This document shows, one piece after another, positions 56,330-64,000 of a DNA stretch of 64,000 nt. The notes under the pieces were generated by a model. That model made no database searches. It was not told where the DNA came from and saw nothing but the letters and a program-made list of their open reading frames with translations. The stretch's first letter is position 1, and each line of letters opens with the position of its first letter. The position numbers and the translations under genes were made by a program. Location: NCBI GenBank assembly GCA_964632485.1, contig CAZWDO010000010.1, forward strand, positions 62,001 to 126,000, read 5' to 3'. The DNA is from an uncultured bacterium (GTDB lineage Bacteria > JAGOEH01).

Positions 56330-59300
56330 ATGTTTATTTCAAAACTTTCTATCGATCGTCCGATTATGATAAGTATGGGGCTGGTGGTTTTTTTACTTTT
56401 CGGCTTTTTGGCATATTTTACTCTACCCCTTAATACTATGCCTGATGTTGAATTAGGATATGTTAGCATACAAACTGTCTATCCCGGCGCCGGACCCCGG
56501 GAAATCGAAACCCAGATCACTAAAAAAATTGAGGATGCTGTAGGCACAATTAGTAAGATTGATTGGATCAAATCCTATTCCATGGAAGGCGCTTCGATTA
56601 TTATTATTAAATTTTTACTCGGGAAAGACCCAAATATCGCCAACCAGGAAATAAAGGACAAGGTCAATGCCATTCTCAGTCAATTACCCCGTGATGCGGA
56701 ATTGCCGGTAATTGAAAAATTTGATTTCAGCGCGATCCCGATCATGGATATCATTTTGACCGGTACTGTAGGAACTCGTGAACTCTATGAGGTGGCTGAC
56801 AAACGTCTCAAGGATCGGTTATCTCAAGTTGATGGCGTGGCTAAAGTCGATATCACCGGCGGCCAGGAACGTGAAATCCGGGTGGAATTGGATAACCGGA
56901 TTGTGGTGGAGAACTCACTTTCTTTGATTCAGCTTTCGCAAATTCTGGCTGCGCATAATCTGGATTTGCCGGGTGGGCATTTTATCGAGGGTTCACAGGA
57001 ATACACTGTTCGTATGAAAGGTGAATATAACCGGGTGGAGGAAATTGAAAATCTGGATGTTCCCACACCGTTCGGCATTAAAAAAATGGGTCGTTTGGCG
57101 AGCGTCAAAGATAGCGCCTCCGAAGCGCGTGAACGGACAATTTACTATGATAAAGCGACTCAAATCAGGGAAGACAATGCTATTCTGCTGAGTATTGTTA
57201 AAAGCTCCGACGGGAATGCTGTGCAGATGTCCGCCCAAATCCGTCGCTTATTGCCCTCGTTGAAGGAGAATTTGCCGCCAGGCTGCGCTTTAAATGTTGT
57301 CCGCGACGACTCGGAGTTTACGAAAAGTAGTGTGGATGACACGATCAGCAATATCATCATGGGTATTTTTCTCACCGGATTAGTTCTACTTTTCTTCCTT
57401 CATGATTTACGCTCAACTATCATCGTAGCATTGGCAATGCCTATGTCAATCCTTTCCACGTTCATGCTGATGCAAGTATCAGGGTTTTCCCTGAATATTA
57501 TGACCTTAATGGGATTGTCAACATCCGTCGGTATTCTCGTCACCAATTCGGTGGTTGTTTTAGAGAATATTTTCAGGCATAAAGAGATGGGACATCGGCG
57601 ACGGATTGCCGCGGATCGTGGAACAGCGGAGATTGCTGTGGCGGTCTTAGCCTCCACGCTGACGAATATCGTTGTGTTTTTGCCCATTGCTTCTATGACC
57701 AGTCTGGTAGGGCAGTTTTTTAAGGAATTTGCCTTGACGGTAACCTACGCCACTATTTTTTCTCTGTTGATTTCATTTACATTGACTCCGATGCTGGCAT
57801 CGCTGATTCTGCCTGATGTCGATAAAAAGAAACATCCATTGGGAAAAAGGCTGGAAGGTATTTTCCATCAGTGGGAGAGTGTCTATAAGAAAGCGCTTGG
57901 CGCGATTGTCCGCAAAAAGCGCTATGCTTTTTTAGTAGTGGCCGCCGCTGTTATCGCCTTTATTTTAAGTTTGTTTGTTGCCGGCAAAGTTGGCTTTGAG
58001 TTCATGCCCACCCTGGATGAAGGCAATCTGACTATTGAAGTCGAGCTTCCGCAAGGATATCAAATCGATGTAACGGCAAAATTGTTGCAGGAAATGGAAA
58101 CACGGGTCAGCAACTATCCGGAAGTGAAACACATTATTACGACCCTGGGATCGATTAGTGATCTGGATGTGGGGACCAATATGGCCAGGATGCAGGTGAA
58201 ACTGGTAGAAGCGCAAAAACGTGAGCGTTCCAGCGAGAGCATGGCCAACTTGCTGATCCAAAAATTTTCCGATATCCCCAATGCTAAAATCCGGGTATCC
58301 GCTTTAGCTCAGGGAGGCAGCGGTGAAGCTCCGTTACAATTTAGCTTGATGGGACAAGATTTGGATCGGTTGGAGCTTTATAAAGCGGATGTGGTTGAAA
58401 GAATTAAAGATATCCCTGGCCTGATTAATCTCAATACCAGTTCGCGCCCCGGGAAACCGGAATTGGTGCTGACGCCTGACCGGCGAAAATTAGCCGAGGT
58501 GGGGATTACGGTCTATGAAATTGCCATGACATTGCGCGCGGCGGTCGAGGGATTGATTGCGACTCGCTATCGCGAAAGCGGCAATGAATACGATATCCGC
58601 ATCCTCTACCAGGAAGAGTCGGTTTCAAGTCCCGAGCAAATTGCTGATTTGTCCGTGGCGACCCCACAAGGGATGATGCGGCTGAGCCAGTTGGCAACGA
58701 TCACATTTGCCAACGGTTTTAGTCAGATACTGCGTAAAGATAAGGCGAAAACAATCGATATCAGCGGATATACCGCTCCCGGGTATCCGTTGGGAGATGT
58801 CGTGAACGTGGTGAAGAATCGATTGTCTGATATTCAGTTTGAAGAAGGCTATAAAATCGATTGGGGCGGCGATGTACAGATGATGCAGGAAACGATCAGC
58901 GATATGTTGCGTACGTTTCTTATTGCTTTTATTCTGACTTACATGTTGTTGGCGGCAATCCTGGAGAGTCTGACCCAACCCTTTATGATAATGGGAACAG
59001 TGCCGCTGGCGCTAATCGGTGTGTTCCTGGCATTGTACGTGACCGGTAAGACGATGAATACCATCTCCATGATGGCGATTATCATGCTGATCGGAATTGT
59101 GGTCAACAATGCGATCCTCTTATTAGACTATACCAACCAACTGCGGCGTGATGGGAAAGATGTTGTTTCCGCGTTAGTTGAGGCCTGCCCGACAAAGCTT
59201 AAGGCGATCCTCATGTCCACTGTGGCGATTGTTTTGGGGATGTTGCCCATGGCCCTGGGCATGGGAGCCGCCGGTAAAGAGTTTCGACAACCCATGGGCA

Positions 59301-59416
59301 TCGTCAGTATCGGGGGATTGATTGTTTCAGCCTTTTTAACGCTGTTCGTGATTCCCGCCCTCTATCGCCTGACAACAAAACAGATCAAGGAGACAGTTCA
59401 TGAATCGGATCATTAA
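56330..59416 (+). CDS. RND efflux permease (AcrB/AcrD/AcrF family)
   Basis: SIDRP, YPGAGPREIE, GILVTNSVVVLENI, GIVVNNAILLLD, LTLFVIPALY. Confidence 0.96.
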   Translation: MFISKLSIDRPIMISMGLVVFLLFGFLAYFTLPLNTMPDVELGYVSIQTVYPGAGPREIETQITKKIEDAVGTISKIDWIKSYSMEGASIIIIKFLLGKDPNIANQEIKDKVNAILSQLPRDAELPVIEKFDFSAIPIMDIILTGTVGTRELYEVADKRLKDRLSQVDGVAKVDITGGQEREIRVELDNRIVVENSLSLIQLSQILAAHNLDLPGGHFIEGSQEYTVRMKGEYNRVEEIENLDVPTPFGIKKMGRLASVKDSASEARERTIYYDKATQIREDNAILLSIVKSSDGNAVQMSAQIRRLLPSLKENLPPGCALNVVRDDSEFTKSSVDDTISNIIMGIFLTGLVLLFFLHDLRSTIIVALAMPMSILSTFMLMQVSGFSLNIMTLMGLSTSVGILVTNSVVVLENIFRHKEMGHRRRIAADRGTAEIAVAVLASTLTNIVVFLPIASMTSLVGQFFKEFALTVTYATIFSLLISFTLTPMLASLILPDVDKKKHPLGKRLEGIFHQWESVYKKALGAIVRKKRYAFLVVAAAVIAFILSLFVAGKVGFEFMPTLDEGNLTIEVELPQGYQIDVTAKLLQEMETRVSNYPEVKHIITTLGSISDLDVGTNMARMQVKLVEAQKRERSSESMANLLIQKFSDIPNAKIRVSALAQGGSGEAPLQFSLMGQDLDRLELYKADVVERIKDIPGLINLNTSSRPGKPELVLTPDRRKLAEVGITVYEIAMTLRAAVEGLIATRYRESGNEYDIRILYQEESVSSPEQIADLSVATPQGMMRLSQLATITFANGFSQILRKDKAKTIDISGYTAPGYPLGDVVNVVKNRLSDIQFEEGYKIDWGGDVQMMQETISDMLRTFLIAFILTYMLLAAILESLTQPFMIMGTVPLALIGVFLALYVTGKTMNTISMMAIIMLIGIVVNNAILLLDYTNQLRRDGKDVVSALVEACPTKLKAILMSTVAIVLGMLPMALGMGAAGKEFRQPMGIVSIGGLIVSAFLTLFVIPALYRLTTKQIKETVHESDH

Positions 59417-60743
59417 TTCGGGACTTGTTCTATGGGTTTTGCTTCTGTGTTGGGGATCGAGTTTGAAAAGTTCAAGCATCCTTTATGCAAAAGCCATCAC
59501 TTTGGAACAGTTTATAACAGCAGTCAGGGAAAACAACCTGGACCTGGCGCTAGCGGAACAGGAATTGGCCATGGCCGGCGCTATCAAGAAAGAAGCCTGG
59601 TCCACGGCATTTCCTAAGTTTACTGCCGAGGGCAGCTATAATCGCAATCTATTGGATAATTATATGTTCGTTGAAATGCCCGATTTCGAAACGGGTGAAG
59701 TATCGGTGCAAAAATTCAAATTCAGCTTTAAGAATGAGTACGCTTTTAATGCCGTGATGAGTCAGACTCTTTTTAGTTTTCGTGTTAATAATGCGTTGAA
59801 AGCGGCGAGCGAATATGGTAAAATGACCGATTTTATTTATAATGCCACCCAACAGGGGGTGATTTCTACCTCTAAAAAACTTTTTTATCAGACATTGCTT
59901 TTAAAAGAAGTTTTACGTATCCAAAGCGAAGCGGAAACCAATGCCCGGGAAAACTATGAGCAACTTAAAAAGAAATATGATCAGGGAGTGGTTTCGGAAT
60001 TGCAGTTACTACAAGCCGAAGTCCGTTGGCGTAACCAGATTCCCGAGCAAACCGCTGCGCGCAGAAATTGTGAGCTTGCTCTCAATCAAATAAAATATCT
60101 GTCCGGAGTGTCGATCGATTCAAGTCTTGATATTACCGGTGATCTCGAGCAGTTCCCCATCCTTCCGCAACCAATCCAAATCGCCCAGGTCCTGCAACAA
60201 AGACCCGATTATAATGCGGTGTTGTGGGAAGAGAGATTGCGGCTGACAGGAGTGAAAGCCCAAAAAGCGGATTATTTTCCGTCTTTGAACGGAACCTTTG
60301 TCTATCTGTTCAATGCCGTCTCCGACCAGTTCCAATTGGATAATCGCAATGAGAATTATCGGGTGGGGCTGACCCTTTCGATACCGATCTGGTTGGGTGG
60401 TTATACCGGCGCCCAAGCGCAAAAGGCTCGCATTGATCTGGAAAAGAACCGGATTCGTAAAGAGCAGATGAGCGAGACAATCCAGGCTGATTTAAAGAAT
60501 ATTTATGTGCGTTTGCAAGAAGCCCATGAGCGGATCAATGCTGCACAGAATACTCAGAAGGCGGCGGAAAAAGGATTTCGAATCGCTCAAATCAGCGCGG
60601 ATAACGGTTTGATTACCCAGTTTGAACTTAATGAAACCCGTTTATATTTTGACCAGGCGCAATTGAATTATTATGCGGCGATTTATGACTATCTGGCTGC
60701 CTGGTTCGATTGGGAATACACGGTTGGACAGGTCAAAGAATAA
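59400..60743 (+). CDS. TolC-family outer-membrane efflux protein
   Basis: Signal peptide, two OEP repeats (QRPDY, ADYFPSL, LSIPIWLGG). Confidence 0.92.
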   Translation: MNRIINSGLVLWVLLLCWGSSLKSSSILYAKAITLEQFITAVRENNLDLALAEQELAMAGAIKKEAWSTAFPKFTAEGSYNRNLLDNYMFVEMPDFETGEVSVQKFKFSFKNEYAFNAVMSQTLFSFRVNNALKAASEYGKMTDFIYNATQQGVISTSKKLFYQTLLLKEVLRIQSEAETNARENYEQLKKKYDQGVVSELQLLQAEVRWRNQIPEQTAARRNCELALNQIKYLSGVSIDSSLDITGDLEQFPILPQPIQIAQVLQQRPDYNAVLWEERLRLTGVKAQKADYFPSLNGTFVYLFNAVSDQFQLDNRNENYRVGLTLSIPIWLGGYTGAQAQKARIDLEKNRIRKEQMSETIQADLKNIYVRLQEAHERINAAQNTQKAAEKGFRIAQISADNGLITQFELNETRLYFDQAQLNYYAAIYDYLAAWFDWEYTVGQVKE

Positions 60744-60824
60744 CTTTATAATCCCGGGGGAATCCCGGATTCAGGTTGATAGTCATGTGTTGTTTGGTAT
60801 CAATGCATAAGTGGAGGAAATGAG

Positions 60825-61181
60825 ATGAATCCATCCATAATTACTGTTCTAATGCTCGTTTGCAGTAACGTGTTCATGACGTTTGCCTGGTACGGCCATT
60901 TGCGGAACATGGCTCACAAGTCCTGGTTGATCGCCGCTTTGGTCAGTTGGAGCATTGCGCTTTTCGAGTATTTACTGCAAGTGCCGGCCAACCGTATTGG
61001 CCATCAGGTGATGTCGGTCGGCCAACTGAAGATCATCCAGGAAGTGATCACGCTAATTGTGTTTGTTCCGTTTTCTGTTATTTACCTGCGAGAACGGCTG
61101 ACCCTCGATTATTTGTGGGCGGGACTCTGCCTGCTGGGCGCGGTCTTTTTCCTGTTCCGCGCCAAGGGGATCGCTGCTTGA
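60825..61181 (+). CDS. DMT-family small membrane protein (DUF486)
   Basis: SNVFMTFAWYGHL, SWSIALFEYLLQVPANRIG, QLKIIQEVITL. Confidence 0.92.
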   Translation: MNPSIITVLMLVCSNVFMTFAWYGHLRNMAHKSWLIAALVSWSIALFEYLLQVPANRIGHQVMSVGQLKIIQEVITLIVFVPFSVIYLRERLTLDYLWAGLCLLGAVFFLFRAKGIAA

Positions 61182-61244
61182 CACCTAATCCCGCACCGTT
61201 TGTTTCAACTCTAAAAATAGTTCACTTTTACCTGGAGAAATTTT

Positions 61245-62207
61245 ATGCAGAATATTGTAGCCTTATTGTGGATTGCGCTGGGTATGTTCATGATCGTGCG
61301 TTCGGCTGATTATTTGGTAAAAGGCGCGGCATCTTTCGCCAAAAAACATCGAATATCTGAAATCGTCATTGGATTGACGATCGTTTCCTTCGGCACTTCC
61401 GCGCCGGAACTGATCGTCAGCACGCTATCCGCCTGGCAGGGACATAGTTCGATCGCCATCGGCAATGTATTGGGAAGCAATATCTTCAATATTTTGCTGA
61501 TTTTAGGAATTTCCGGATTAATATTTCCCCTTCAGGTGCAGCGCAATACAGTATGGAAAGAAATTCCGCTGGCGTTGGCGGCGGTGATTGTCATGCTGGT
61601 GATGGCCAACGATCAATGGCTGGACGCTCAGCCTTTCAGTCTGATTTCGCGCAGCGAAGGGATTGTTTTGCTGCTTTTCTTCGCTATCTTTCTCGTTTAT
61701 GTGTTTGTTATCGCCAAAGTGGAAGGCGATGAACAGACTGCGGTTGAAATTTACAGCTCTCAGTGGATGTTTTTCTATATTCTGGGCGGACTGGTGGGTT
61801 TATTCATCGGCGGCCGTCTGGTGGTCAATCATGGGGTCGAAATCGCTACAGCCTTCGGGATCAGCGAAAAGCTGATCGGCTTAACTCTGATCGCCATCGG
61901 CACCTCACTGCCCGAATTGGCAACTTCGGTAGTCGCCGCCTGGCGCAAAAATTCCGATATTGCCATTGGCAATATCATTGGTTCCAATATTTTCAATATT
62001 TTCTTCATCCTCGGAACAAGCGCCGTTATTGCGCCTTTGCCCTTCGAAATTCAATTGAATGCGGATATGCTGGTGCTGCTGCTGGCAACCATTTTCATCT
62101 TCATTTTTATGTTCACCGGCCAGAAACGGCGGCTGGATCGCTGGGAAGCCGCGCTTTTTCTGGCGATTTATATCGGGTACACGACGTTTATCATCCTGCG
62201 CAAATAA
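61245..62207 (+). CDS. calcium/sodium antiporter (YrbG-like)
   Basis: Two alpha repeats GTSAPEL and GTSLPEL, each followed by GN..GSNIFNI. Confidence 0.94.
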   Translation: MQNIVALLWIALGMFMIVRSADYLVKGAASFAKKHRISEIVIGLTIVSFGTSAPELIVSTLSAWQGHSSIAIGNVLGSNIFNILLILGISGLIFPLQVQRNTVWKEIPLALAAVIVMLVMANDQWLDAQPFSLISRSEGIVLLLFFAIFLVYVFVIAKVEGDEQTAVEIYSSQWMFFYILGGLVGLFIGGRLVVNHGVEIATAFGISEKLIGLTLIAIGTSLPELATSVVAAWRKNSDIAIGNIIGSNIFNIFFILGTSAVIAPLPFEIQLNADMLVLLLATIFIFIFMFTGQKRRLDRWEAALFLAIYIGYTTFIILRK

Positions 62208-62432
62208 TTCTCCAAACTTCTTGTTCGCGCGTATAGGCATGGTCGCGTAAAGGAAAAATCCAACCTGAAATAAAGCCTTGACAAAAGTTGGTTCAGATTT
62301 TATGTTACCTGAAATTGGATCAGGCGCAGTTAAAATGATTATTCTCAATTTAGAAAGTGATTCTTAGTAAATCTATCGCCGTGAATGGGATGTTTGTGAA
62401 TCAATCATCGGCGCTCAAGGAGAATTCATATA

Positions 62433-64000
62433 GTGGAAATCCGAATCCTGAAACCGAGGAAGGCGCTCAACAAAGCCTTTCTGAAAGTCAAACCCAACCG
62501 GACTGATATAGAGCGTTTCAAAACTAATTTATCACAGTTGCTGGACAGGGTCAATGACAGCGAATCGGAGGAGTTCCATAAAAACCTCGTTTCTGATTTT
62601 CTTAAAGATACATACTACAAGCAAAACCATTTTATTAATACAAAAGACAGAAGCGACCTTGTAATACATAGCGCAAACAGAGCTGCCAGTTCCGTGGCTG
62701 TTATTATTGAAGCGAAAAAACCGACAAACAGACCCGAAATGCTGAAAGCATTTTCACTGGTCGAAACGCCGCGACAAATGCTGTCCAAAATCAATGTCAA
62801 GGCATTTCAGGAATTGGTCTTGTATTATATGCGCGAGCGGATTTCTCAGAAAAATATTGAAATAAAGTACCTGATTGCAACCAATATCAATGAATGGTTT
62901 ATATTTGACGCAACGCTTTTTGAGAAGTTGTTCGCCCAGAATAAGAGCTTTGTACAGCGCTTCATTGATTTTGAAAGCAGGCGTTTGGCCGATACCCACA
63001 CAGATTTTTTCTACAAACAGATCGCCGAGCCGTTTATTGCTGATTTAAACCAGGATATTGAGTTTACGTATTTCGACATTCGGGATTATGAAAAAGTTCT
63101 GCGAAATGCAGATAAAAAGGACGATAAACAACTGATCGCTTTATTTAAGTTGTTTTCGCCCGAACATCTGTTAAAATTGCCGTTCGCCAACGACAGCAAC
63201 ACTCTTGACAGACGATTTTACAGTGAGTTGCTGCATATCATCGGTCTGAACGAAACCCGGACGGGAAATAGAAAACTGATCGAACGGAACCCGAAAGGGA
63301 AAAGAAACACGGGCTCGCTTCTTGAAAATGTAATTGTCCAGTTAGAGAGCCTTGACAAAATATCGCGATTGGATAACCCGGATCGCTTTGGAGCAAATTT
63401 GCAGGAAAGGCTTTTCAATGTCGGTCTTGAATTGTGCATTACGTGGATTAACCGGATTTTATTTCTGAAATTGCTGGAAGCTCAGTTGATTACCTATCAC
63501 AAAGGCGACAGATCGTATGAATTTTTGAAACTCGAAAAAATCAAAGACTACGATGAATTGAACAGTCTGTTTTTTCAGGTTCTTGCCCGTAAACAGAATG
63601 AACGCAACGACGATGTAAAAGCTAAATTCGCAAAAGTTCCCTATCTGAACAGTTCTCTTTTCGAACCCGCCGATATGGAACATTCAACCCTGTTTGTCAG
63701 CAACTTAAGTAATGATAAGTCCATCCCGATTTTTTCGTCAACGATTTTGAAGGACAGCTCCGGAAGAAAGCGGAGTGGCAATATCGATTCGCTTGCATAT
63801 TTATTCGAGTTTTTGAGCGCCTACGACTTTTCCAGTGAAGGAAGTGAAGATATACAGGAAGATAATAAAACCCTGATCAATGCGTCGGTTCTGGGTCTGA
63901 TTTTCGAGAAAATCAACGGCTACAAGGATGGGTCTTTCTTTACCCCGGGGTTTGTTACCATGTATATGTGCCGGGAAACCATCTGCCAGTCGGCGCTTCA
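62433..64000 (+). CDS. type IIG restriction-modification enzyme, N-terminal part; runs off the right edge
   Basis: Missing from the ORF track because it has no stop in the window. GTG start after AAGGAG: MEIRILKPRKALNKAFLKVKP...ESEEFHKN...DLVIH...IIEAKKP (PD-(D/E)xK)...PYLNSSLFE...INASVLGLIFEKINGYKDGSFFTPG (MTase motif X). Confidence 0.88.
   Translation, partial: MEIRILKPRKALNKAFLKVKPNRTDIERFKTNLSQLLDRVNDSESEEFHKNLVSDFLKDTYYKQNHFINTKDRSDLVIHSANRAASSVAVIIEAKKPTNRPEMLKAFSLVETPRQMLSKINVKAFQELVLYYMRERISQKNIEIKYLIATNINEWFIFDATLFEKLFAQNKSFVQRFIDFESRRLADTHTDFFYKQIAEPFIADLNQDIEFTYFDIRDYEKVLRNADKKDDKQLIALFKLFSPEHLLKLPFANDSNTLDRRFYSELLHIIGLNETRTGNRKLIERNPKGKRNTGSLLENVIVQLESLDKISRLDNPDRFGANLQERLFNVGLELCITWINRILFLKLLEAQLITYHKGDRSYEFLKLEKIKDYDELNSLFFQVLARKQNERNDDVKAKFAKVPYLNSSLFEPADMEHSTLFVSNLSNDKSIPIFSSTILKDSSGRKRSGNIDSLAYLFEFLSAYDFSSEGSEDIQEDNKTLINASVLGLIFEKINGYKDGSFFTPGFVTMYMCRETICQSAL

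Overview
Gene-dense chromosomal window from a diderm bacterium. It has E. coli-like sigma70 promoters (TTGACA-N17-TAnnnT) and Shine-Dalgarno sites together with T9SS-like components (a PorV-like barrel, a PorP-like barrel and a protein with a C-terminal sorting-like domain). This suggests an FCB-related lineage outside Bacteroidetes, such as KSB1/Calditrichota/Delongbacteria-like groups; the taxonomy is inference only. Most genes are housekeeping, envelope or signalling genes (guaA, dprA, dnaJ, rsmE, a ClpX-like ATPase, hflKC, recO, radC, argH, tRNA-His, dacB, an RND pump, two diguanylate cyclases). The main candidate for an undescribed system is a SusD-less uptake locus at 1.1-13.7 kb: TonB-dependent transporter, secreted CTD protein, PorV-family barrel, ROK regulator, ROK kinase, MFS permease, SIS protein and a Tat-signal D-aminoacylase, with a perfect 18-bp inverted repeat behind the promoter. 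Other notable items: a terminator/antiterminator leader before the guaA operon, a multi-hairpin leader before dacB, a PorP-like/OmpA fusion, a His-less pseudo-histidine kinase module, an orphan DUF4280 (PAAR-like) gene, a sigma54 promoter with phased enhancer-like sites, a decayed IS1634-like transposase and a truncated type IIG R-M gene at the right edge. No CRISPR array, rRNA or prophage was seen. All family assignments come from motif recognition by eye, not database searches.
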